Assembly (NCBI GenBank): GCA_964412755.1
Contig: CAYPPW010000002.1
Location: 18,945-82,944, forward strand
DNA length: 64,000 nt
Direction: 5' to 3'
From: an uncultured Thermodesulfatator sp.
GTDB taxonomy: Bacteria; Desulfobacterota; Thermodesulfobacteria; Thermodesulfobacteriales; Thermodesulfobacteriaceae
A program made the position numbers and the translations under genes. The notes under the pieces are model-generated. The model had not been told where the DNA came from, made no database searches, and saw nothing but the letters and a program-made list of their open reading frames with translations. Shown piece after piece: positions 48,213 to 57,015 of this stretch (its first letter is position 1; the number at the start of each line of letters is the position of its first letter).

Positions 48213-49934
48213 ATGAGAATCTGGAAAGAAAAATTTAAATTTAATACACTTAAAGTCTTTCTAAATTGGTTTTTAAATCTCTCACTTTATTGGAAGGTAG
48301 GCTTTATAATTGGTTCTTGTTTTTTTATTAATCTTTTTATAGCTTTTTTATTTTATTTTCTTTTTAATCACATTCTCAATTTATATTCTAAAACTCCTAT
48401 TTATTATGAAATTCTTACTGAGAAAGCCCTAGCTTATTTAGAGAGTCAAAATCAGTCTTCAGAAAACTATAAACGCTCTTTAGAAGAAATTATCAAAAAT
48501 TTAGAAAAAGCCAAAGAAGAATACCCTCAAATAAGTCCTCAAATTGGAAAAATAAAAGCCTCTTTTTTACAAAATCCTAAATTGAATTTAGAAACCGCTA
48601 AATTAACAAGAGAGGAATTTTTACAAATTAATCAATTTTTTAAAAATCAAAGACTCTCTCAAGAAAGAATTTTAAATAAATACAAAAAAATATCTCAATA
48701 TTGTAGTTTCATTCTCTTTTTAACTATATTTATTTTTTTAATATGGGGAACATGGGCCTTCTATTATATGGTTAAAAAGCCACTTGATGTAATAGCAGAA
48801 AATTTGGACTATATTACTGAAGAAACTGAAGAAACTGAATTAAGTAATTTACAAACTTCTAAAATTCGTTATTCCTTCCGAGACGAAATAGGAAAGGTTG
48901 TAAATAAATTAAATGAAATCTTAAAAGAAGTTAATAATTTAAAATCATTTAAAAGAACTATTGAAAACGATGAAACAGTAGATTTAGTTTATGAAAGACT
49001 TGGATATTATTTAAAATCATTAGTAGGTATTAAATCCTTTATTATTTTTGAGGTCTCAAATTCCCAAAATACTATGAAGCCAGTATATCTTTCTGACCCT
49101 AATTTAGACTATTCTTCAGAAATATTATTTAATGCTGATAAATGCCGAGCAAAAAGAACAGGTCAGATAGTAAATTCTTTAGTTCTTCATGAAATATGTA
49201 AGATATTTCCTTTTAAAAACCTGTTTGAATATTATTGCATACCTATGAGTTATGGAGGAAAATGTATAGGTATTATTAGTATTCATTTTTCTTCGGAAGA
49301 TGTTTCAAAAGGTGACATCCTGAGAAAAATAAGAAAAGTTTATGCTTATATAAAAGAAGCAACCCCGGTAATTGAAGCTAAAAGATTTGCAGAAGCTTTA
49401 AAAGAACAAAGCTTCAAAGATGCTTTAACTGGAATATATAATAGACATTTTTTAGAAGCTACTCTTGAAAATTTGGTAGCTCAAATTTTGAGAAGAGATA
49501 CTATTTTAGGGATTCTTATGTGTGATCTTGATCACTTTAAATCTATTAATGATAGATATGGTCATGAAGCAGGAGATCTTATATTAAAGGAAACTGCTAA
49601 ACTTTTAGCAAATAATGTGAGAAAATCTGATTTAGTAGTAAGATTTGGAGGAGAAGAATTTTTAATACTTTTAATAGATGTTAAAAAAGAGGAAAGTTTA
49701 AAGGTAGCAGAAAAACTCAGAAATATTATAGAAACTTATGAATTTAAACTTCCCTCTGGAGTAATAAAGACCTCTATTTCAATAGGAGTATCAGAATTTC
49801 CTATAGATAGCTCATCTATTTGGGAAGCTATTAAATTTGCAGATGTAGCTTTATATAAGGCTAAGGAATCAGGAAGAAATAAAGTAGTAAAATTTAAAAG
49901 AGAGTTTTTAAGAGAAGAAAATTATTCAGACTGA
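48213..49934 (+). CDS. Membrane sensor diguanylate cyclase (2 TM, HAMP-like, GAF-like, GGDEF)
   Basis: Two TM segments, RDEIG HAMP motif, D.LTG.YNR, FK.IND.YGH.AGD, RKSD I-site and GGEEF. Confidence 0.93.
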   Translation: MRIWKEKFKFNTLKVFLNWFLNLSLYWKVGFIIGSCFFINLFIAFLFYFLFNHILNLYSKTPIYYEILTEKALAYLESQNQSSENYKRSLEEIIKNLEKAKEEYPQISPQIGKIKASFLQNPKLNLETAKLTREEFLQINQFFKNQRLSQERILNKYKKISQYCSFILFLTIFIFLIWGTWAFYYMVKKPLDVIAENLDYITEETEETELSNLQTSKIRYSFRDEIGKVVNKLNEILKEVNNLKSFKRTIENDETVDLVYERLGYYLKSLVGIKSFIIFEVSNSQNTMKPVYLSDPNLDYSSEILFNADKCRAKRTGQIVNSLVLHEICKIFPFKNLFEYYCIPMSYGGKCIGIISIHFSSEDVSKGDILRKIRKVYAYIKEATPVIEAKRFAEALKEQSFKDALTGIYNRHFLEATLENLVAQILRRDTILGILMCDLDHFKSINDRYGHEAGDLILKETAKLLANNVRKSDLVVRFGGEEFLILLIDVKKEESLKVAEKLRNIIETYEFKLPSGVIKTSISIGVSEFPIDSSSIWEAIKFADVALYKAKESGRNKVVKFKREFLREENYSD

Positions 49935-51118
49935 GTATTTTCTCTAATAATAGGAATTAACAAAAAAGGTAAAAAGGATATAAAAAAGGTAAAAAGAAAA
50001 AAATAAGTATATCCTAAATAATTTACTCCATAACCTGACAAACTTCGTGAAAGAGTTAAAGAAAGGCTAAAAAGAGTTGAAAAGATAGCATATTGTGTAG
50101 AAGAAAAATTCTTTTTACAGAGTTTAGTAAGAAAAGTAACAAATGCTGCTGTTCCAAGTCCTCCACTTAAACTTTCAAATAAAGAAGCAAAATAAACTGT
50201 TTCTTTAGGAAATTTATCTAAAGAAGCTATAGCATATCCTAGATTAGATATAGATTGAAAAAAACCAAGAATTAGCAAGGAATTTCTGATAGACCAAATA
50301 TTGGTTAAAAAGCCTCCTAAAATAGAACCCAATATTGTAAAAATACTTCCCAAGGTCCCAGAAATAAATCCTATCTCAAGTCTGCTAAAGCCTCTATCTA
50401 CCCAGAAAGGATACACCATAGCACCAAGTAATGCATCTCCGAGTTTGTAAGTCAACACAAATAACAGAATAAAAATTGCTCTATCTCTTTTTAATATATC
50501 TTTTAAAGGCTCTAAAAATTGAGATCTTAAAGAAATAAGATTATTATCGTTTTTATAATTTTTATATTCAGTTTTCAAAAAATTATTGGAAAGCAAAAAA
50601 ATACCACCTAAAAGAGTTATGGTTCCTAAAACATAAAAGATTGACTTAAATCCTAAATAATGACTTAAAGCAACCATTCCACCACCAAAAATGATAAGAG
50701 ATATTCTATAACCTGAGATTCTAAATCCATTAGCTTTACCTAATATTTTTGAAGGTATCCACTCTACGACAAATCCATCAGCAGAGGTATCAAAAATTGT
50801 AGAAAAAAAAGTAAGAAGAATAATAAAAACTAAGAAAAATAAAGTAGCTGGATATAAATGAGATAAAACAAAAAAAATTATTCCCATATTTATAAGGGAG
50901 AAACCCATCCAAAAACTTTTATAAAAATATCTATCTATAAAAGGTGCAAAAAGAAGCCTTAAACTCCAAGGAAGTCCCGCTATTGAAAAAAGTCCGATAG
51001 TTTCAAGGTTAATTCTTTGAGTTCTAAGAAATACAGGAATAAAAGTATAAAAAAAACCAAAAGGAATACCAGAAAAAAAATAAATAAAACTTATATAAAA
51101 AAGTTTTTTATTAAGCAT
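49922..51118 (-). CDS. AmpG-like MFS permease (muropeptide transporter family)
   Basis: Motifs Y..SG.P, LPW...L.APFIDR, D...DG, YKLGDA and S.TQYA...L. Confidence 0.85.
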   Translation of the reverse strand: MLNKKLFYISFIYFFSGIPFGFFYTFIPVFLRTQRINLETIGLFSIAGLPWSLRLLFAPFIDRYFYKSFWMGFSLINMGIIFFVLSHLYPATLFFLVFIILLTFFSTIFDTSADGFVVEWIPSKILGKANGFRISGYRISLIIFGGGMVALSHYLGFKSIFYVLGTITLLGGIFLLSNNFLKTEYKNYKNDNNLISLRSQFLEPLKDILKRDRAIFILLFVLTYKLGDALLGAMVYPFWVDRGFSRLEIGFISGTLGSIFTILGSILGGFLTNIWSIRNSLLILGFFQSISNLGYAIASLDKFPKETVYFASLFESLSGGLGTAAFVTFLTKLCKKNFSSTQYAIFSTLFSLSLTLSRSLSGYGVNYLGYTYFFLFTFFISFLPFLLIPIIRENTQSE

Positions 51119-51155
51119 TTTTAAATTATAGTATAAATGAAGAAACTAAAAAGCC

Positions 51156-52001
51156 ATGTATTGGCAAATTACCTTAAAGGTACCTAAAAATTTAGCAGAA
51201 ACAGTAGAAGATTTCTTATATACTCACATTTCTCAAGGATGGCAAACTATAGAAATAAATTCAGAATTCCTATTTATAATATATCTTGAAGAAAAATCTC
51301 AAAAATTAGAAGATTTAAAAAAATTCTTAGTTATATATCCACAAATACAAATAGAATCCAGAGTTTTAAAAGAAGAAAATTGGGAAGAAAAATGGAAAGT
51401 TAATTTTAAACCTCTAAAAATCGGGAAGAAAATTATTATTTTACCTCCCTGGGAAGATTATAACCCTATTAATCAAGAGATAATAATTATAATTGAGCCA
51501 GGACAGGCATTTGGTACCGGACATCATCCAACTACCCAAATGATGTTAAAAAATATAGAAATATTTAAAGAAAAAATACAAACTCCTTATGAAACACTTA
51601 AAGTTCTTGATCTTGGATGTGGAACAGGTATTCTTGCTATTGCTTGTGCAAAAATTTTTAAAAATTGCCTTATCTGGGCAGTAGATATAGATATTTTAGC
51701 TATAAAAGCTTGCAAAAAAAATGCTCTCCTAAATAAAGTAATAGATAAAATCAAAATCCAGAGAAAAATCCCTAAAGAAAAGTTTCACTTAATTTTAGTT
51801 AACATAGGATATAAAGAGATTATTGCCCTCATAAACTCTATTAGATTTCTTTCTCAAAAGGGAACTCATTTATTTTTAACAGGATTCTTAAAAGAAGATG
51901 CTCAAAAAATTATAGAAAAATATCAAAAAATTGGATATAGAGTTTTAAAACAAGATATACGCAGGGAATGGGGGTTTTTATGGATGGTATTTCAAGATTG
52001 A
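51156..52001 (+). CDS. prmA: Ribosomal protein L11 methyltransferase
   Basis: Motifs NWEEKWK..FKP, PG.AFGTGHHPTT and LDLGCGTGILAI. Confidence 0.93.
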   Translation: MYWQITLKVPKNLAETVEDFLYTHISQGWQTIEINSEFLFIIYLEEKSQKLEDLKKFLVIYPQIQIESRVLKEENWEEKWKVNFKPLKIGKKIIILPPWEDYNPINQEIIIIIEPGQAFGTGHHPTTQMMLKNIEIFKEKIQTPYETLKVLDLGCGTGILAIACAKIFKNCLIWAVDIDILAIKACKKNALLNKVIDKIKIQRKIPKEKFHLILVNIGYKEIIALINSIRFLSQKGTHLFLTGFLKEDAQKIIEKYQKIGYRVLKQDIRREWGFLWMVFQD

Positions 52002-53323
52002 AAAATCTGTTGACGTATTTTTCTTGCTAAATGTTTTATTTCTTTTATTTTATCCCAGTTCACATTTTTTAAAGCTGGAAAGATAGTATTATTATGAAAA
52101 ATAGGATCTTCATCCAGAGGATAACGGGATTCTATATTAGCAATTTCAAAAAAAGGAGTTTTTGGAACTGGAGAAAATTCAGCTAAATAAGGCGGTATTT
52201 TATGCTCACCTAAAAATAATAAGCTTTTTTTAAAAGCGTCAAAATTTTCTCCTGGTATTCCATATAAAAGATAAGCTCCAATTTCTTTTTCTTTAAACCC
52301 TGCTTCTTTAAGATAATTTACAGCTTGTAAAAATTCTTCTAAACTTACTTTATTATCTAATCTTTCTTCCACTCTTTCCAGACCAATTCTTATAGTTTTA
52401 AATCCTGATCTTTTTAATAATTGTGCAGTTTCTTTGGTTATAAATCTAGCATGAATAGCATTTGGAGTATGAAATCTTACTTCTAATCCTTTAGAAATTA
52501 CTTTTTCTAATACAATTCCTAGATGATTTTCAAAATCAAAAAGTAAAGCATCATCATAAAAAGCAAAATCTTTTATCTTATAATGGGTATACCAGAAATA
52601 TATTTCCTCAAAAATATCCTCAGCATTTCTTTTCTTAAATTTAGGATAAAGAATTTTTGAACCACAATAAGGGCAATTAAAAGGACATCCATAGCTTGTC
52701 ATAATTACTACATAAGGAATATGACTCTGCATATCAAAAATAGGATAATCATTGAAATAAGGTTGTTGAGAAGGCTCATACCTTTTTTTAATCTTTTCAA
52801 TAAATTTTTCAATATCTTCATTTACAATATAAATGGGATAATTTTTATAATAAAGAGAAAGTTGATTTTTCAGATGTTCATAACAAAGTTTTACATAAAT
52901 TCCCCCCACATAAATGGGAATTTCAGGATATTTAGAAGTTAAAAATTCCAATAACACAAAAAGTCCTGGATACCAGTAAGTCATGCTACAGGTTAAAAAA
53001 ATAGCTTTAAATTTAAGGGGAAATAAAATTTCCTTAAAAATCTTTATTGGAAGTCCATATCTATAAAATTTCCTAGGAATATCTTTAAAATAAACAGGTT
53101 TTGAAATTTCTTCTTTGTAAAAATGCCCTGTACCAAAATCTCTTCGTTTAGGTTTTTGGGGAAGCTTAGGATTAAAAGGATCTAAAAGATCAAGGTAATA
53201 AACAGAATAACCAAGCTTTCTTAATTTACCTCCTAAAAGAAGTAACCCGTAAGGTTTTAGCCAAAAATCATAAGCTGCAAAATCATAAATCCAAGGATTA
53301 ATAAGAAGAAAATCATAATCCAT
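51992..53323 (-). CDS. B12-binding-domain radical SAM protein
   Basis: CxxxCxxC motif (CPFNCPYC), N-terminal cobalamin-binding-like region (P.GLL, MTYWYPG, VGGIY) and FYDD. Confidence 0.88.
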   Translation of the reverse strand: MDYDFLLINPWIYDFAAYDFWLKPYGLLLLGGKLRKLGYSVYYLDLLDPFNPKLPQKPKRRDFGTGHFYKEEISKPVYFKDIPRKFYRYGLPIKIFKEILFPLKFKAIFLTCSMTYWYPGLFVLLEFLTSKYPEIPIYVGGIYVKLCYEHLKNQLSLYYKNYPIYIVNEDIEKFIEKIKKRYEPSQQPYFNDYPIFDMQSHIPYVVIMTSYGCPFNCPYCGSKILYPKFKKRNAEDIFEEIYFWYTHYKIKDFAFYDDALLFDFENHLGIVLEKVISKGLEVRFHTPNAIHARFITKETAQLLKRSGFKTIRIGLERVEERLDNKVSLEEFLQAVNYLKEAGFKEKEIGAYLLYGIPGENFDAFKKSLLFLGEHKIPPYLAEFSPVPKTPFFEIANIESRYPLDEDPIFHNNTIFPALKNVNWDKIKEIKHLARKIRQQIFQS

Positions 53324-53835
53324 TAATATTGTTTACAAATTTTTTCAAAGAAATTATTCTCTGTTAAATCTTTTGGAATGGGCAAAAAGGAAATACCTAC
53401 AGATTTTCTAGTATAGACTCTATTTTCTTTTTCATTATACCAAGCCCAGTCTTTTTCTTTATAAGTTTTTTTCTTGCAATCAATCTGCCATTTATAAATT
53501 CCGTATTTCAAACTTCTACATCTTTCTAATTCTTCCTTTTCTAAAGGAATCCATAAATATTCTCTATATTCTCCGCTTGTTAGCCAGTATATCCAATAAT
53601 CTTCACACTTTTTGGCTATATCTTCTCTTGGAAGATATAAAAGTTCTATTTCTATTTTTGAATTAGAAAGCTTTTTTAAGGAATTTTGAATAAAAAAAAG
53701 CTTTTCTCCTTGCTTATTCTCATTTATTAAAATCAAATTTTTATTTTCCAAAAAAAACAATTGCTCTGCTTTTACTAAAAAAATTAATCCCAAATTAGTT
53801 AATACTATAACTAATATCAAAATTAACTTTCTCAT
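53323..53835 (-). CDS. Secreted protein, surface-adhesin E-like
   Basis: Signal peptide, then the pattern IDC.KK.Y......Y........F.PIP......F..IC recalling PF16747. Confidence 0.55.
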   Translation of the reverse strand: MRKLILILVIVLTNLGLIFLVKAEQLFFLENKNLILINENKQGEKLFFIQNSLKKLSNSKIEIELLYLPREDIAKKCEDYWIYWLTSGEYREYLWIPLEKEELERCRSLKYGIYKWQIDCKKKTYKEKDWAWYNEKENRVYTRKSVGISFLPIPKDLTENNFFEKICKQY

Positions 53836-53860
53836 TTCTTTTGCTTCTTAATTTTTAAAA

Positions 53861-53875
53861 TTATAATAATTTTAA
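53861..53875. promoter_or_regulatory. PerR/Fur-family-like operator palindrome upstream of 53835
   Basis: TTATAATAATTTTAA is an exact match to TTANAATNATTNTAA. It overlaps an 11-1-11 inverted repeat (53854-53876) and lies just downstream of a minus-strand TTGACG. Confidence 0.4.
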
Positions 53876-53887
53876 AGCTCGTCAATA

Positions 53888-55039
53888 TTAAATTTTTACT
53901 TTTGTAAGGACTAAAATACCTAAAAATTGAATTAAGACTGAAAAAATAATTAAAGCATAAATAGAAAGGTCGTATAAAACACCTAAGGTAAAACTACCTA
54001 AAAACCAAGCTAGTCCAAATCCTGTATGAAATATTCCATAACCTGAACCTCTTTTTTCTTTGGGAGTAAGAATAGACACCATTGCTCTTACAATAGATTC
54101 TTGTATACCAAATCCCATTCCCCAAATAACTATTCCCAAAAGACTAAGATAGAAATCTCCTAAAAATACCAAAGGCACAAAACCTATAGATATTAACATA
54201 CTTCCTATAAGAATTTTTATACCCTTTTTATCAAAAAGATAACCAAGAATCAAAGCTGAAAATGCATCTACACCCATAGCTATTGCATAAAATATAGGAA
54301 TCCATTCTTCAGATAATATTAATGTTTTTTTGAAATGATATGCAATTAAAGCAAAATCTACATATCCTGCACCCCATAATCCCATACTGATAAGATATAA
54401 CCAAAAAGTTTTAGAAAAACCCTTTGTTTCTAATTGACTTAATTTTATTTCAAGTTTTTCGGGTGAAGGATAAAATCTTTTAGCTACTATTAAAATAGAA
54501 ATAGCAATTAATGCAGGTATTAAAAGAATTCCAAAAGCTACTTTATAATTTCCTTTTAAATAAAATATTAACGCTACTATAAGAGGTCCTATTATAGCTC
54601 CTATTTGATCCAGAGCTTCATGTATACTAAAACCTAAACCTCTTCCTATTTGAAAAGTAGCATAAGAAAGAATAGTATCTCTTGCAGGTGTTCTTATGGC
54701 CTTTCCAGTTCTTTCTGCTATGATAAGAAGAAATGCTAATTGCCAACAACCCACTAAAGCTAAAGCTGGAATAGCAAATAAATTTATGGAATATCCTAAA
54801 AAAAGTATTAACCAATATTTTTTAGTTTTATCAAGAATAAATCCAGAAAAAATTCTTAAGGCATAACCTAAAAATTCTCCAAATCCAGCAGTAAATCCTA
54901 CTATGGTAGCACTTGCTCCAAGAAAAGCTAAAAAAGGTCCTATAATACTACGAGCTCCTTCATAAGTTATATCTGAAAAAAGACTAAGTAATCCTAAAAG
55001 AACTACAAAATGAAAAATAGATTTTTTGTTAGGTTCCAT
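53888..55039 (-). CDS. MFS transporter
   Basis: About 12 TM segments, with SD..YEGARS, ER.GK..R.PARD and G.LFDKKG loop motifs. Confidence 0.9.
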   Translation of the reverse strand: MEPNKKSIFHFVVLLGLLSLFSDITYEGARSIIGPFLAFLGASATIVGFTAGFGEFLGYALRIFSGFILDKTKKYWLILFLGYSINLFAIPALALVGCWQLAFLLIIAERTGKAIRTPARDTILSYATFQIGRGLGFSIHEALDQIGAIIGPLIVALIFYLKGNYKVAFGILLIPALIAISILIVAKRFYPSPEKLEIKLSQLETKGFSKTFWLYLISMGLWGAGYVDFALIAYHFKKTLILSEEWIPIFYAIAMGVDAFSALILGYLFDKKGIKILIGSMLISIGFVPLVFLGDFYLSLLGIVIWGMGFGIQESIVRAMVSILTPKEKRGSGYGIFHTGFGLAWFLGSFTLGVLYDLSIYALIIFSVLIQFLGILVLTKVKI

Positions 55040-55839
55040 TTATATATCTCCTTTATTGATTTAACCCCAAAATAAGTAGATTCTAAAAAAGAGGATCCCC
55101 CTGGTTTTCTTGCAAATCCTCCTTTTCCTACATAACAAGAAAATATAAAATCTAATATTTTATAAGGATTTTCAGGAATTTTATTTAAAAGTTGGTAGGA
55201 TTTTAAAGCAAAATAAGTATTTTCAAGATATGAAGTGGTTCCAGGAAAAAATCCAAAACCTCCATCAAAATTTTGACAATTTTTTAACCAATTTAATATT
55301 TTTTCTTTTTTATATTCCCAATTTATAAATTTATTTTTAGAAAGCCATAAAATCATGAAAAGATCTTTTACAGTTCGAAAACGAAAAAAGGTATTAAGAA
55401 TAGGATCAATCTTAATAGAAAGAAAGCCACATACCTTACCTATATAAAAAAGTTTATCTAAATAACCAGTTTCTAATATTTTTAAATATTTTTTGTTTTT
55501 AATAATAATATCTAAAAAAGCTTCTCTAAATTTTTCTAAATACCTAAGGTTTGTTAAACTGAATATTTTACATAAATACCATAAAATCTTTGGAGAATTT
55601 CCAAAATATTCAATTTCCCTTAATTTATCTCCTAACCAAGTTATTAAATGTTTATCTTTTTGAGGCTCGTATAAATCTTTATTTTTTACAAAATTTTTGA
55701 GAATTTCTAAAATTTCAATTGCATAAAAAGTATCCTCTATAGTTGCAGGAAGTAAAACTGTAGCTCCAAATCCTCCATCATCTTTTTTTCTTTCAATTAC
55801 AAAATTATATATTTCATAGAAAACAGAAAAATTTAACAT
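55003..55839 (-). CDS. Prenyltransferase/squalene oxidase repeat protein (start set to ATG 55839 because the track start lies inside the tRNA)
   Basis: Three repeats: DGGFG....ATIEDTFYA, DGGFG..PG..SYLENTYFA and GGFA..PG..SFLESTYFG. Confidence 0.82.
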   Translation of the reverse strand: MLNFSVFYEIYNFVIERKKDDGGFGATVLLPATIEDTFYAIEILEILKNFVKNKDLYEPQKDKHLITWLGDKLREIEYFGNSPKILWYLCKIFSLTNLRYLEKFREAFLDIIIKNKKYLKILETGYLDKLFYIGKVCGFLSIKIDPILNTFFRFRTVKDLFMILWLSKNKFINWEYKKEKILNWLKNCQNFDGGFGFFPGTTSYLENTYFALKSYQLLNKIPENPYKILDFIFSCYVGKGGFARKPGGSSFLESTYFGVKSIKEIYKWNLTKNLFFIL

Positions 55840-55860
55840 TTTTAAAGGATAAAATAAATA

Positions 55861-55933
55861 CGCCCCCAACGGGATTCGAACCCGTGTCTCTGGCGTGAGA
55901 GGCCAGTATCCTAGTCCACTAGACGATGGGGGC
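55861..55933 (-). tRNA. tRNA-Glu(CTC)
   Basis: Minus strand GCCCCCATCGTCTAGTGG...CTGGC-CT-CTC-AC-GCCAG...GGTTCGAATCCCGTTGGGGGCG. CCA is not encoded. Confidence 0.97.
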
Positions 55934-56001
55934 TACAAAATGGTTATCTAAGAAATAAACCATATTAAAAACTAGTTGTCAATCTTTAATTTAAAAAGAC
56001 T

Positions 56002-57015
56002 TTATTTTAAAAATTTTTTCATTTCTTTATAAATTTCTGGTAGTTTAGAAAAGATAACTACTGCCTTTCTCCAAATATTTGCTCTTATTGCTGGAATTCC
56101 TGCTACTTCTTCTCCAGGTAAAACCTCTCCTGTTACCCCAGATTTTGCTGCAATTTTTGCACTTTTTCCAATTTTAGAATAAGGAGCTATCCCTGTTTGA
56201 CCTCCAACCATTACATAATCTTCTAATATTGCACTTCCCCCAATTCCAACTTGAGCAACAAGAATATTTTGTTTTCCAATTTTAACATTATGACCGATTT
56301 GAACCAAATTATCAATTTTAGTCCCCTCTTTTATTATAGTGTTACCAAAAACAGCTTTATCTATAGTAGTATTTGCTCCTATTTCTACTTCATCTCCAAT
56401 CTCTACTCCCCCAAAATGATAAATTTTTATGTTTTTATACCCCTCTTCTAATTTTTCTTGAGCAAATCCAAAACCATCAGCACCTAAAATTACACCTGCA
56501 TGAATTATACAATTTTTACCAATTTTAGTATAAGGATAAATTACTACATTAGGATAAATAATAGTATTTTCTCCTATTTCTGAATAAGCTCCTAAAAAAA
56601 CTCCCGGATAAATTACTACTCCTTTTTTTATAATTACTCCCTTTTGAATATAAACCCATGGATATATAGCACAGGGTTCTTCAATCTCAACCTCCTCTTC
56701 TATGATTGAATAAGGACTTATTCCCCAGGAAGGTTTTATTTCTTTTTTAAAAATATTAGTAATTTTAGCAAAAGCTACCCTTACATCTTTTACCTCTATC
56801 ACTGATTTATTAGAAAAATATTTATTAAAATTTTGGGGAGAAACAACAGCCTTAGCTTTTGCTTTTTGAGCATCTTCAACTCTTTTAAGGGAATCCACAA
56901 AAATAAGGTCTTTTTCAGAAGAAAAAGGAATAGCATTTATTCCTTCTATTTCAAAGTCTTCTCCTATGAGCTTTCCATTCAAAATTTTTGCCAAGTATGA
57001 AAGCTTATATTTCAT
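56002..57015 (-). CDS. lpxD: UDP-3-O-acylglucosamine N-acyltransferase
   Basis: Hexapeptide repeats plus G.DGFGF, EIGANTTID and KIDNLVQIGHN. Confidence 0.95.
   Translation of the reverse strand: MKYKLSYLAKILNGKLIGEDFEIEGINAIPFSSEKDLIFVDSLKRVEDAQKAKAKAVVSPQNFNKYFSNKSVIEVKDVRVAFAKITNIFKKEIKPSWGISPYSIIEEEVEIEEPCAIYPWVYIQKGVIIKKGVVIYPGVFLGAYSEIGENTIIYPNVVIYPYTKIGKNCIIHAGVILGADGFGFAQEKLEEGYKNIKIYHFGGVEIGDEVEIGANTTIDKAVFGNTIIKEGTKIDNLVQIGHNVKIGKQNILVAQVGIGGSAILEDYVMVGGQTGIAPYSKIGKSAKIAAKSGVTGEVLPGEEVAGIPAIRANIWRKAVVIFSKLPEIYKEMKKFLK

Noticed and set aside
39883-49934. Hypr-type GGDEF enzymes making 3',3'-cGAMP
   Set aside because: Both cyclases keep Asp at the guanine-specificity position (SHGD, EAGD), not the Ser/Thr of Hypr enzymes.
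55840-55869. ORF-track start of the prenyltransferase-repeat gene at 55869
   Set aside because: It lies inside the tRNA-Glu acceptor stem; ATG 55839 is more plausible.
45558-55933. tRNA-anchored genomic island or prophage at tRNA-Leu or tRNA-Glu
   Set aside because: I saw no integrase and no duplicated tRNA 3' end; the flanking genes are ordinary.
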